64,000 bases of DNA from NCBI GenBank assembly GCA_035549075.1, contig DASZRT010000032.1, positions 48,488 through 112,487 on the forward strand. The letters are read 5' to 3'. Positions within the stretch are counted from its first letter, which is position 1; each line of letters begins with the position of its first letter. The position numbers and the translations under genes are program-made. The notes below the pieces were generated by a model that saw only the letters and a list, made by a program, of their open reading frames with translations, was not told where the DNA came from and did no database searches. Shown here in pieces: positions 28,664-38,316 of this stretch. The DNA comes from Polyangia bacterium. Its GTDB lineage: Bacteria; Myxococcota_A; Polyangia; Fen-1088.

Positions 28664-29776
28664 ATGCTCTTTCACCTCTTCAACGCGCTCCGCGAGACCA
28701 TCCCGGGCGCCAACGTCTTTCGCTACGTCTCGACGCGCATCGCGCTCGCGACGCTGACGTCGTTGCTCATCACGTTCATCGTCGCGCCGTGGTTCATCCG
28801 CCGGGCGCGCGCGCGTCAGCTGGGCGAGGTCATCCGCGAGGACGGCCCCGCGGGCCACGCCAGCAAGCGAGGCACGCCGACGATGGGCGGCGCCCTCATC
28901 ATCTTGGCCCTCGTGGCGGCGACCGTGCTGTGGTGCGACCTGCGCAGCACGCTGGTTTGGCTCGCGCTGTTCGTCACCGTCGGCTACGGCGTCATCGGCT
29001 TCGTCGACGACTACATCAAGATCGTCAAGAAAAACAAAAAAGGCTTGCCGGGGCGCGTGAAGCTCTTGGGCCAGCTGATCATCGGCGGCGTCGCCGCGGC
29101 CTGGCTCTACGCGACCGACGCGCTGCCGCCCGAGGTTCGCCTCCACGTCGCGCTGCCGCTCGTGAACTTCCACCACGCGCACCTCACGCTGCCGCTCGTG
29201 GCGTTCGTCGCCTTCGGCGTCTTCGTGCTCATGGCGGAGTCGAACGCCGTCAACCTCACCGACGGCCTCGACGGCCTCGCGATCGGCCCCGTCATCATCT
29301 GCTCGTTCACGCTGCTGCTGCTCGCCTACGCGGCGGGCACGACGCTGCGCAACTTCAACATCGCCGACTACCTGGGCATGCCACACGTGCCGGGCACGGG
29401 CGAGCTGGCCGTGTTCTGCGGCGCCATGGGCGGCGCCGGCATCGGCTTTCTCTGGTTCAACACGCACCCGGCGCAGGTCTTCATGGGCGACGTCGGCGCC
29501 CTCGCGCTCGGCGGCGCCATCGGCTTCGTGGGCCTCGCCACCAAGACCGAGATGTCGCTGCCCATCATCGGCGGCGTCTTCGTGGCCGAGGCCGTCAGTG
29601 ACATCATCCAGGTGGCCTACTACAAGCGCACGAAGAAGCGCGTCTTCTTGATGGCGCCCATCCACCACCACTTCGAGAAGCTGGGCTGGCCCGAGTCGCG
29701 CATCGTGGTGCGTTTCTGGATCGTCTCGTTCGCCTGCGCGATCCTGGGCCTCGTCGTCACGCTCAAAGTCCGCTGA
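28664..29776 (+). CDS. mraY: phospho-N-acetylmuramoyl-pentapeptide-transferase
   Basis: Polytopic membrane protein with MraY-family motifs (NAVNLTDGLDGLA, PTMGG). Confidence 0.9.
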   Translation: MLFHLFNALRETIPGANVFRYVSTRIALATLTSLLITFIVAPWFIRRARARQLGEVIREDGPAGHASKRGTPTMGGALIILALVAATVLWCDLRSTLVWLALFVTVGYGVIGFVDDYIKIVKKNKKGLPGRVKLLGQLIIGGVAAAWLYATDALPPEVRLHVALPLVNFHHAHLTLPLVAFVAFGVFVLMAESNAVNLTDGLDGLAIGPVIICSFTLLLLAYAAGTTLRNFNIADYLGMPHVPGTGELAVFCGAMGGAGIGFLWFNTHPAQVFMGDVGALALGGAIGFVGLATKTEMSLPIIGGVFVAEAVSDIIQVAYYKRTKKRVFLMAPIHHHFEKLGWPESRIVVRFWIVSFACAILGLVVTLKVR

Positions 29777-29784
29777 AACCAGGG

Positions 29785-31158
29785 ATGCCGCCCGAGCTCA
29801 AAGGAAAGCGCGTTCTCGTCGTCGGTCTCGGGCGCTCCGGGACGGCGGTCGCGATCCTGTGCGCGGCCCACGGCGCCGTCGTCACCGTGACCGACAAGCG
29901 CGGCATCGACGTGCTCGGGCCCGCGCTCGCCGAGCTGCCGCGCAACGTCGCCGTCGAGATCGGCGGCCACGAGACCGAGACCTTCCTCGCGACCGACCTC
30001 ATCGTCTTGTCGCCGGGCGTGCCCGAGATCCCCGAGCTGAAGGCGGCGCGCGCCGCGGGCGTCGCCGTCACGGGTGAGATGGAGCTCGCCTCGCGCTTCA
30101 TCGAGGCACCCATCATCGCCATCACGGGCACGAACGGAAAGTCGACGACGACGACGCTCGCGGGCGCGATGACGATGGCCAGCGGGCGGCCCACGTTCGT
30201 GGGCGGCAACCTCGGCGACCCGCTCGCGCTCGCCGTGGGCACGCCCGCGGGCGACGCCGGCGGCGCGTGCGTCGTCGAGGTGTCGAGCTTCCAGCTCGAG
30301 ACGACGCAGACCTTCCACCCGCGCGTCGCCGTGCTGCTCAACATCACGGCTGATCACCTCGATCGCTACGTCGACCTCGACGACTACGCGCGCACGAAGG
30401 GGCGCATCTTCGCGGCGCAGGCGTCGTCGGACTTCGCCGTCGTCAACCTCGACGACCCGCTGGCCGTGAAGCAGACCGAGGGCATCCGCGCGCGTCGGCT
30501 CGGCTTCTCGCTCGAGCAGCGCCTGTCCGAAGGCGCGTGGCTCGACGGCGAGGAGCTCGTCGTGCGCCTGCCGGGCGCGCGCACCGAGGCGTACCCGACA
30601 ACGGTGCCCGCGCTCGTGGGCCGCCACAACCAGGCCAACGCGCTCGCGGCGCTGCTCGCGAGCCGCCTCGCGGGCGCGACCCACGCCGAGGCGCTGCGCG
30701 CCCTCAACGAGTTCCAGCCGCTCGCGCACCGCATGGAGCTCGTCGCCAACGTCGGCGGCGTCATGTTCTACGACGACTCGAAGGGCACGAACGTCGGCGC
30801 CGTCGTCGCGGCGCTCGACGGCTTCCCGCGGCCCGTCGTGCTCATCGCCGGCGGGCGCGACAAGGGGGGAGACTACGCGCCGCTCGCCGAGGCGATGCGC
30901 CGCGTGGGCCGCGCCGCCGTGCTCATCGGCGAGGCCGCGGACAAGATCGAGGCGGCGTTCCGCGGCGTCGTGCCCGTCTCGCGCGCGGCGACGATGGAGG
31001 CCGCCGTCGGCGAGGCGACGCGGCTCGCCGAGCCGGGCGACGCCGTCGTGCTGTCGCCGGCCTGCTCGAGCTTCGACATGTTCCGCGACTACGCGCACCG
31101 CGCGCAGGTGTTCCGCGCCGCCGTCGAGGCCGTCGTGCAGAAAGAGCAGGGCGCGTGA
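29785..31158 (+). CDS. murD: UDP-N-acetylmuramoylalanine--D-glutamate ligase
   Basis: N-terminal Rossmann VVGLGRSG and Mur ligase P-loop ITGTNGKSTTTTL. Confidence 0.9.
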   Translation: MPPELKGKRVLVVGLGRSGTAVAILCAAHGAVVTVTDKRGIDVLGPALAELPRNVAVEIGGHETETFLATDLIVLSPGVPEIPELKAARAAGVAVTGEMELASRFIEAPIIAITGTNGKSTTTTLAGAMTMASGRPTFVGGNLGDPLALAVGTPAGDAGGACVVEVSSFQLETTQTFHPRVAVLLNITADHLDRYVDLDDYARTKGRIFAAQASSDFAVVNLDDPLAVKQTEGIRARRLGFSLEQRLSEGAWLDGEELVVRLPGARTEAYPTTVPALVGRHNQANALAALLASRLAGATHAEALRALNEFQPLAHRMELVANVGGVMFYDDSKGTNVGAVVAALDGFPRPVVLIAGGRDKGGDYAPLAEAMRRVGRAAVLIGEAADKIEAAFRGVVPVSRAATMEAAVGEATRLAEPGDAVVLSPACSSFDMFRDYAHRAQVFRAAVEAVVQKEQGA

Positions 31159-32594
31159 GGACGACCCGGGTCGCTCCGACGACGCGCTCGACGCGCGCGA
31201 GCCGCCGCGAGGCCCTCGCGTCGACGGCCATCACGCCCGCGTCGCGCCGCCTGCCGACGCCCGAGCGCGAGCCGCGCCGCTGGCCCGCGCTCGAGAAGCT
31301 GCGCGCGCGCTGGGCCGCGCTCATGACCAAGCTCGCGCGCGCCTTCGACGGCTCGCCGCACATCCGGCCCAGCGAGGTCGGCGTCGATCGCGTCCTCGTC
31401 GGCACCGTGCTCGCGCTGTGCGCGTTCGGCATCGTCATGGTCTATTCGTCGGGCGCCGTGTTCGCGGCCAAGAAGTACGGCGACTCGGCCTACTTCCTCA
31501 AGCGCGAGGTCATCTACGCGACGCTCGGCCTGGTCGCGATGTCGTTCGCGGCGCGCTTCGACTACGCCCACTACCGGCGCATCGCCTACCCGCTGCTGTT
31601 CGCGAGCATCCTCTTCCTCGCCGTCGTCTTGAAGATCGGCTCACGCGCGGGCGGCGCCATCCGCTGGTTCCGCTTGGGCCCGCTGTCGTTCCAGCCCAGC
31701 GAGCTCGCGAAGTTCGCGCTCGCCGTCTACCTCGCGTCGCTGCTGGCGCGTCAGGCCGAGAAGGTGAAGGTCTTCTCGATCGGCTTCGCGCCGCCGCTGC
31801 TCGTCACGGGCGTGATGATGGGCCTGCTGCTCAAGCAGCCGGACCTCGGCACGGCCGTGATCTTCGGCGTCGTCGCGCTCGGCCTGCTGTGCGTCGCCGG
31901 CACGCGCACGAGCTACCTCATCCTCGCCGTGCTCGTGGCCGCGCCCGCGGGCTGGAAGTTCATCGTGTCGACGCCGTTCCGCATGCGCCGCATGCTGGCC
32001 TTCCTAGATCCGTGGGCCTTCCGCCGCGACGTCGGCTACCAGATCACCGAGTCGCTCATCAGCGTCGGCTCGGGCGGCACGACGGGTCTCGGCCTCGGCG
32101 ACGGCCGGCAGAAGCTCTTCTTCCTGCCCGAAGCGCACACCGACTTCATCCTCTCGATCGTGGGCGAAGAGCTGGGCCTCATCGGCATCGTGTGCGTCGT
32201 GCTCGGCTTCTCGATCCTCGTGTGGCGCGGGCTGCGCGCGGCGTTCCGGGCGCGCGACGTGTTCGGCTGCTACCTCGCCTTCGGCATCACGGCGATGTTC
32301 GGCCTGCAGGCGCTCGTCAACATCGGCGTCGTGCTCGGCTCGCTGCCGACGAAGGGCCTGCCGCTGCCGTTCATCAGCTACGGCGGCACGTCGCTCGTCG
32401 TGAGCCTCTTCATGGCGGGCGTGCTCGCCAACATCTCGGCGCGCAACCCCGAGCCGGGCGAGGGCCTCGAGGGCCTGCTCGCCGAGGTGCGCGCGCGCGC
32501 CCGCAAGGCGCGCAACCGCCGCGCCGAGGGCGGCCCAAAGATCATCGTCGAGCTCGACGACGGCCCGCGCGGTCCCGAGCCCACCGCCTCGTGA
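31155..32594 (+). CDS. ftsW: SEDS-family peptidoglycan glycosyltransferase
   Basis: Ten-TM SEDS topology. Start assigned to the GTG overlapping the murD stop (GTGA); the alternative internal ATG is at about 31322. Confidence 0.85.
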   Translation: MRTTRVAPTTRSTRASRREALASTAITPASRRLPTPEREPRRWPALEKLRARWAALMTKLARAFDGSPHIRPSEVGVDRVLVGTVLALCAFGIVMVYSSGAVFAAKKYGDSAYFLKREVIYATLGLVAMSFAARFDYAHYRRIAYPLLFASILFLAVVLKIGSRAGGAIRWFRLGPLSFQPSELAKFALAVYLASLLARQAEKVKVFSIGFAPPLLVTGVMMGLLLKQPDLGTAVIFGVVALGLLCVAGTRTSYLILAVLVAAPAGWKFIVSTPFRMRRMLAFLDPWAFRRDVGYQITESLISVGSGGTTGLGLGDGRQKLFFLPEAHTDFILSIVGEELGLIGIVCVVLGFSILVWRGLRAAFRARDVFGCYLAFGITAMFGLQALVNIGVVLGSLPTKGLPLPFISYGGTSLVVSLFMAGVLANISARNPEPGEGLEGLLAEVRARARKARNRRAEGGPKIIVELDDGPRGPEPTAS

Positions 32595-33703
32595 TGACCG
32601 CCGCCGCGCCTCGCCCCCTTCGTGTCCTCATCGCCGGCGGCGGCACGGGCGGGCATTTGTATCCGGGCATCGCGCTCGCCGAGGCGCTCACATCGTCGGG
32701 CGGAGGCGAAGTCTTGTTCGTCGGCACGGCGAAAGGTCTCGAGACGAAGCTCGTTCCCGAGGCGGGCTTTCCGCTCGAGCTCATGGACGTCACGGGCCTC
32801 AAGCGCACGGGGCTGATGGCGCTCGTGCGTGGCCTCGCGCGGTTGCCCGGCGCGTTCTTCCAGGCGCGCGCGATCCTGCGGCGGTTCCGGCCCGATCTCG
32901 TCGTCGGCGTCGGCGGCTACGCGTCGGGCCCCCTCGTCTTCGCGGCCGCGCTGTCGGGCTACCCGACGGCGATCCAAGAGCAGAACAGCAAGCCTGGCTT
33001 CACGAACCGCGTGCTCGGTCGCGTCGTGCGCCGCGTGTTCGTCGCCTTCGAAGAGGCGAAGCGCTCGTTCTCAGCGCGCAAGACGCGCCTCTTCGGCAAC
33101 CCGGTGCGCCGGCGCTTCCTCGAAAAGGTCGCGCGCGCGGGCGCGACGCCGCCCGCCCCCACGAAGTCGATCCTCGTGCTCGGCGGCAGCCAGGGCTCGC
33201 ACGCCGTCAACGAGCTGCTCTCGACGACGATCCAGGTGCTCAAGGCGCGCGACGTGTTGCCGCCCGTCGTGCACCAGACGGGGCCGGCCGAAGAGGTCCG
33301 CATGAACCTCTACTACGAGGCGCTCGGCCTGTCCGACAAGGTCACCGTGCGCGCGTTCATCGACGACATGCCGGCGGCGCTCGCCGACGCCGCGCTCGTC
33401 GTGGCGCGCGCGGGCGCGCTCACGCTCGCCGAGCTGGCCATCATGGGGCGCCCCGCGATCCTCGTGCCGCTGCCGACGGCCACCGACGATCACCAGACGC
33501 GCAACGCGCTCGAGTTCGCGCACGCGGGCGCGGCCGTCGTCGTGCCGCAATACGAAACGGCCGCCACGCAGCTCGCCGACATCATCGTCGCTCTGTTCAA
33601 CGAGCCGGGCCGCCTCGAAAACATGGGCGAGGCCATGCGCTCGCTCGCGAAGCCGGCGGCGACCGAAGAGATCGTCGCCGAGCTGCGCTCGCTCGTGAAG
33701 TAG
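32594..33703 (+). CDS. murG: UDP-N-acetylglucosamine--N-acetylmuramyl-(pentapeptide) pyrophosphoryl-undecaprenol N-acetylglucosamine transferase
   Basis: LIAGGGTGGHLYPGIALAE N-terminal motif. GT28 C-terminal domain. Confidence 0.9.
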   Translation: MTAAAPRPLRVLIAGGGTGGHLYPGIALAEALTSSGGGEVLFVGTAKGLETKLVPEAGFPLELMDVTGLKRTGLMALVRGLARLPGAFFQARAILRRFRPDLVVGVGGYASGPLVFAAALSGYPTAIQEQNSKPGFTNRVLGRVVRRVFVAFEEAKRSFSARKTRLFGNPVRRRFLEKVARAGATPPAPTKSILVLGGSQGSHAVNELLSTTIQVLKARDVLPPVVHQTGPAEEVRMNLYYEALGLSDKVTVRAFIDDMPAALADAALVVARAGALTLAELAIMGRPAILVPLPTATDDHQTRNALEFAHAGAAVVVPQYETAATQLADIIVALFNEPGRLENMGEAMRSLAKPAATEEIVAELRSLVK

Positions 33704-33709
33704 CGCGGT

Positions 33710-36217
33710 TCAGTACATGCGGAAGCGGTAGCCGAGCGAGAAGCGCAGGCCCCAGTTGCCGTCGACGAGGGCGTGCGGGTTGTCGTGCTGCGACGACGCG
33801 ACCTGTGTGCAGCGGTTGTTGTTGGCGCAGTCGTCGAAGGGATAGAAACTCGCGACGAGGTCGAAGGTGAGGCGCTGGAAGAACGCCGCTCCGAAGATCA
33901 GCTCGGGGCCTTCGCGTTGCAGCAAGAGGCCGTCGAACGTGCTGAGCCTATCGATGGCCCAACCGCCGCCGAAGTGCAGCTGCACCAGAGACTGAAACGT
34001 ATTGCCCGCGCAGCGCTGCAGCTGCAGCTCGTCGGTGAGGTGCACCGCGCCTCCGTACGTGAAGGCGAGCGAGCGCCCTTCGCCGACCGGGTCGTAGTCC
34101 TGGGTCGCGTGCACGCCCGTGATGCGCAGCTCGACATCGGCCATGAGGTGCAGCTCGCGCGGCATGCGGTCCCACGGCACGCGATGCGCGGCGCTGAACG
34201 AGAGGCCACGATCACTCACGAACGCCAGGTCGAGCGTCATCGTCGGTGGCTGGTAGACGTAGGCGAAGTTGAGCGCCGCCTTGGCGAGATCGCCGACGAC
34301 GAGGCGGCCAGGGACGTCGAGCAACGGCTGCGCCGTCGTCGTGCGGTGCACGATGACCTGGAGGTCGTCGCGGATGGCGAGATCGACGGTGCCGGCGGTC
34401 GCGGGCAAGTGGTGGTACTTGAGGTCGCGGTACACGTAGGGCGCGGGCGCGTCGTTGGTGGTCGGGCCGGGCGCCTCGCCCAGCGCGCGCAGGAAAGTTT
34501 CCTGCTCGCCGGTGATCGTCGACGACAGCGACGGCGCTTGCTTCTCGCGCCAGGCGAGCGTCGCTTCGCTCGCGTAGGCGAGCGCCTCGACGTTGCGGCG
34601 GAAGGCGTCGCCGTCGGGTAGTCCCGTCCCCACGGCGGCGCACGCGGCCGGCGCGCCCGTGCCCGGCGCGCCGAAGCGCCGCGCGCGGTAGGCCATGAGG
34701 CAGTCGAGCTCGGGCGCGTTCTCGAAGGCGGGACCTGCGCCCGTCGCGCGCATCACCTGGAACGCGAGCGACGTCTGCGCGAGGTTTTGCCAGGCGTCGA
34801 CCATGCCCGCGTAGAAGTCGTAGACGCGAAAGTCGCCCTCGGCGAAGGCGAGGAACTCCATGAGGTACGCGCCGGCGACGGGCTCTTGCCGTGGCGGGCT
34901 CTCGAGCTCTTGCAGCAAGCCCGGCTCGCGTTCGAGCACGTCGAGCAGCGCGACCTCGAACGAAGTGCTCATGAAGTCACCCGCGAAGGTGCTCCACGTG
35001 TCGAGGAACGTTCCGCGCGACGGTTCCTCGGCGCGCTCGTTGTCCTTCGGGTCGATCGGGCGCGACACGGTGACGTCCGGATCCTGCACGATGTAGCGGG
35101 TGGGTGTCTTTGGATCGCGACCTTCGGCCAACAAGCGCCAGCGTCGCATTTCGACGGCGAGGCCCACGGGCCGATCGTCGAAGACGCCGCCATCCGTGTA
35201 CCAGCCGTCGTCGTGCGGGGCCCGCGGGTCGTCGGTGAGCAGGTGCAACCAACGCGGCGGGAACGCAAACGAGAACGCCGACGAGGCTGCGAGCGTCTTC
35301 GTGACCGAATCGACGTCGTACGATTCGAGTCGGCGCAGCTCGAGCTCGAGCAGATCGTGGCTCGGATCGTTGGGCGGCGGCTCGAGGGGCCGCAGCGTCG
35401 GCGCGGCCTCGCCGCTCGCCTTCGTGAGCGAGAACGTCAGCTTCTCCGTCTGCACGGGCAACACGAGGCCCACGCCGTCGAGCGGTTGGATCTGCCGGGC
35501 GTGCACGCGCGTCGTCGTGAGGCCCATATCGATCCGGCACGCGTCGCTCCACTTCGTCTTCTTCCACTCTCGGCTGAGGTAGTCGGCCGAGGCGTCGATG
35601 GGCTTCGTCGAGAGCAGCCCATCGCGTTTGACGCCGTCGGCGTCGATGAGCTCCTTCTCGCCCACGGGGACCCAGACGTTCCAGAACAAGCTCTCGCGCG
35701 GGCGTGGGTTGGGCGCCTGGCAGGCCGTCATCGCCGAGACGAAGGCGTTGATCGAGCCCGACGAGGCGCCCGTGACGAGCGCGAGCGGCGCCGTGCCCTC
35801 GGCGGGTTTCCAGTCGCGCTTGGTCGCGGCGGCGCGCGCGCCGGCGCGCGGCTCGAGCGCGCGCAGCTCGCTGAAGGCCGCCAGCAGGTAATAGAGGTAG
35901 CCGCCCTGGTAGTTGCCGAGGCTCACGGCGCCCGAGATGCTGAGCGCGAGCGGGCGCGACAGCTCCTCGTCGAGCAGCGCGATCTCGTCGGGGCTCGCGG
36001 CGGCGTCGTCGCCGCCGAGCCACGCCGCGAGGTGATGCACCGTCCGACCGTCCCAAGGCGGCGCATCTTTGCCGCGGATGACGGTGCCCCGCGCGGCGTG
36101 GTGATCGGCGATGGCGGCCAGCGCGGCCCGGTCGTCGGGCGCGTGAGGCGCCGCGCGCGCCGTGCCGGAGAGTCCGACCATCAGCCCGAAGAGTGCGACG
36201 CGGCCTCGTCTCGACAC
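33710..36217 (-). CDS. patatin-like phospholipase with C-terminal outer-membrane beta-barrel-like domain (PlpD/type Vd-like candidate)
   Basis: Signal peptide, a Gly-rich oxyanion region (LALSISGAVSLGNYQGG), a GxSxG nucleophile (VTGASSGSINAF) and the DGG aspartate (WYTDGGVFDD). The C-terminus ends ...LRFSLGYRFRMY, an aromatic-terminated OMP-like strand. Confidence 0.55.
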   Translation of the reverse strand: MSRRGRVALFGLMVGLSGTARAAPHAPDDRAALAAIADHHAARGTVIRGKDAPPWDGRTVHHLAAWLGGDDAAASPDEIALLDEELSRPLALSISGAVSLGNYQGGYLYYLLAAFSELRALEPRAGARAAATKRDWKPAEGTAPLALVTGASSGSINAFVSAMTACQAPNPRPRESLFWNVWVPVGEKELIDADGVKRDGLLSTKPIDASADYLSREWKKTKWSDACRIDMGLTTTRVHARQIQPLDGVGLVLPVQTEKLTFSLTKASGEAAPTLRPLEPPPNDPSHDLLELELRRLESYDVDSVTKTLAASSAFSFAFPPRWLHLLTDDPRAPHDDGWYTDGGVFDDRPVGLAVEMRRWRLLAEGRDPKTPTRYIVQDPDVTVSRPIDPKDNERAEEPSRGTFLDTWSTFAGDFMSTSFEVALLDVLEREPGLLQELESPPRQEPVAGAYLMEFLAFAEGDFRVYDFYAGMVDAWQNLAQTSLAFQVMRATGAGPAFENAPELDCLMAYRARRFGAPGTGAPAACAAVGTGLPDGDAFRRNVEALAYASEATLAWREKQAPSLSSTITGEQETFLRALGEAPGPTTNDAPAPYVYRDLKYHHLPATAGTVDLAIRDDLQVIVHRTTTAQPLLDVPGRLVVGDLAKAALNFAYVYQPPTMTLDLAFVSDRGLSFSAAHRVPWDRMPRELHLMADVELRITGVHATQDYDPVGEGRSLAFTYGGAVHLTDELQLQRCAGNTFQSLVQLHFGGGWAIDRLSTFDGLLLQREGPELIFGAAFFQRLTFDLVASFYPFDDCANNNRCTQVASSQHDNPHALVDGNWGLRFSLGYRFRMY

Positions 36218-36274
36218 GCGCCGACCGTAGCGCGGGCCGCGCGCGCCTCAAAGAAAGGACCTTCGGCGGGATGC

Positions 36275-36907
36275 TTACGGCGCCCGCCCGGCGGCCCGCG
36301 CGCCGACGAGCGCGAGATCGCGCGCGAGCAGCTCGCGCAGCTCGCGCCGGCGCTCGGGCGTGGGCGCGCGCAGCGCCGCCGACGGGTGAATCGTCACGAC
36401 GACGTCGGGCGCGGGCGCGCCGAGCTCACGCGCGAGCGGAAACACCTGGCCGCGATCGCGCAGGACGCGCACGCTCGGGCCCAGCAGCGAGCCGGCCGCC
36501 GTCGCGCCGAGCGCGGCGACGACGCGCGGCCGCACGAGCCGGAGCTCGTCGTCGAGCCACTGACGGCAGGCCGCCGCCTCGCGCGCGCTCGGCTTCTCGT
36601 GCAGGCGGCGCTTGCCGCGCTCGACGAACTTGAAGTGCTTCACGGCGTTGGTGACGTAAACGCTCGCGCGCGGCAGGCCCGCCAGGGCGAGCGCCTCGTC
36701 GAGCAGCGCGCCCGCCGGCCCCACGAACGGGTGGCCGCGGCGATCCTCTTCGTCGCCGGGTTGCTCACCCACGAGCATGACGGCCGCTCGGGGCGGGCCC
36801 TCGCCGAACACGGCCTGCGTCGCCGCCGCGTACAGCGGGCAAGCGCGGCACGTGGCGCAGGCCGCGGCCGCTTGTGCGAGCGATGCGGAGGGCGCGCCCG
36901 CCGGCAT
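36275..36907 (-). CDS. family 4 uracil-DNA glycosylase (4Fe-4S type)
   Basis: CxxC...C, GEGP, VMLVGEQPGxxED, PFVGPAGxLLD, VYVTNAVKH, and HPSA. Start placed at internal Met MPAGAP. The longer ORF has an Arg-rich N-terminal artefact. Confidence 0.8.
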   Translation of the reverse strand: MPAGAPSASLAQAAAACATCRACPLYAAATQAVFGEGPPRAAVMLVGEQPGDEEDRRGHPFVGPAGALLDEALALAGLPRASVYVTNAVKHFKFVERGKRRLHEKPSAREAAACRQWLDDELRLVRPRVVAALGATAAGSLLGPSVRVLRDRGQVFPLARELGAPAPDVVVTIHPSAALRAPTPERRRELRELLARDLALVGARAAGRAP

Positions 36908-36915
36908 CACGGCCT

Positions 36916-38256
36916 CTAGGGCGGCGCGGCCTCGATGCGCCAGATGCAGTTGCCGACGTCGTCGCTCACGAGCAGGCCGCCGTCGCCGTCGACGGCGATG
37001 CCCACGGGGCGGCCCCACGCCTCGCCGTCGGCGTTCGCGAAGCCCGTCATGAAGTCCTCGTAGCCGCCGAGCGCCCGGCCTTTGTCATCGACGGGAATGC
37101 GCACGACCTCGTAGCCGGCCAGGGCGCTGCGGTTCCACGAGCCGTGCTGGGCCGCGAAGATGTTGCCGTTGTACGCGGCCGGGAATTGCTCGCCGTCGTA
37201 GAAGACGAGCTGCATCGAGGCCGCGTGCGGCTCGACCAGCACGTCGGGCACGATGACCTTCGACGCGAGCTCGGCGTGCTTGCCGCCGAGGCGCGGGTCG
37301 GCGTGGCCGCCGATGTAGAAGTACGGCCAGCCGTAGAAGCCGCCGTCGACGACGCGCGTGACGTAGTCGGGCACGAGCTCGTCGCCCAGCTCGTCGCGCT
37401 CGTTGACCGACGCCCACAGCGCGCCGTCGCGCGGCGAGATCGCGAGGCCGACGGCGTTGCGGATGCCCGACGCGTAGACGCGGCGATCTTTGCCGTCATT
37501 GTTGCCATCGATGGTCATCTCGAGGATGTCGGCGCGCTCTTTCTCGCCGGGGTGGTCGTCGGGATCGTCCACATTCGAAAATGACCCGACGGACACGTAG
37601 AGCTTCTTGCCGTCGGGCGAGATCGCGAGGTCGCGCGTCCAGTGGCCGCCGCCGCGGAGCAGGCCGCCGCCCGGCAGGTCGGCGATCTTCGTGGGCGCGC
37701 CGCGCGCCTTGAGATCGCCGTAGTAGTAGGGGAAGCGGAGCACGGCGTCGGTGTCGCCGACGTAGAGCGCCTGCGGCCGCTTGCCCGGCGGCCAGAACGC
37801 GAGGCCGAACGGCTTCTCGAGATCGGAGGCGAACGTCTCGATCTGCGCGGCGCGGCCGTCCTTGCCGACGCCGCGCAAGACGCGCACGCGGCCCGACCAG
37901 CTCTCGCTCACGAAGACGTCGGCGTTGGGGGCGACGCGCAGCGCGCGCGGGCGCTCGAGGCCCTCGGCGTAGAGCGAGACGCGGAAGCCGCGCGGCACCT
38001 GCGGCCACGCTTTTTCGGGGCGCGGCACGACGTGCGGCGAGCGATCCGCCGAGCGCGTCGCAAACGGCTTCGGCAGCGGATCGGCCGCGATCTTGTGCGC
38101 CGCGCCGGGCGTTTGCGCCGACGCGTCGTTCGCGCGCTGCCGCGCCGAGCTCTTGAGCTTCGCGGCGGCGAGGCCCCCGGCGAGCGCGAGCACGCCGACG
38201 GCGACGGTGACGACGCGCGAGGAGATCCGCCCGGCCATGATCTTGAAGCTACTCAC
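36916..38256 (-). CDS. PQQ-dependent sugar dehydrogenase (soluble aldose/sorbosone dehydrogenase family)
   Basis: N-terminal TM/signal, then a beta-propeller with motifs typical of the sorbosone dehydrogenase / YliI family. GTG start. Confidence 0.75.
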   Translation of the reverse strand: MSSFKIMAGRISSRVVTVAVGVLALAGGLAAAKLKSSARQRANDASAQTPGAAHKIAADPLPKPFATRSADRSPHVVPRPEKAWPQVPRGFRVSLYAEGLERPRALRVAPNADVFVSESWSGRVRVLRGVGKDGRAAQIETFASDLEKPFGLAFWPPGKRPQALYVGDTDAVLRFPYYYGDLKARGAPTKIADLPGGGLLRGGGHWTRDLAISPDGKKLYVSVGSFSNVDDPDDHPGEKERADILEMTIDGNNDGKDRRVYASGIRNAVGLAISPRDGALWASVNERDELGDELVPDYVTRVVDGGFYGWPYFYIGGHADPRLGGKHAELASKVIVPDVLVEPHAASMQLVFYDGEQFPAAYNGNIFAAQHGSWNRSALAGYEVVRIPVDDKGRALGGYEDFMTGFANADGEAWGRPVGIAVDGDGGLLVSDDVGNCIWRIEAAPP

Positions 38257-38316
38257 GCGGCGCGCGATCGCAAGCTATCCGTTGACGCGCGCCCGCGCGC
38301 CGTCGAAAGTGCGCGC

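Noticed and set aside
34787-36919. 710-aa plus-strand ORF
   Set aside because: Antisense to the patatin-like gene, which carries GxSxG and DGG catalytic motifs.
33690-38290. Possible direct repeats flanking the murG-murC insertion (tgaag...cgcgg near both ends)
   Set aside because: The shared bases are short, gapped and GC-rich; indistinguishable from chance. No transposase or integrase or inverted terminal repeats.
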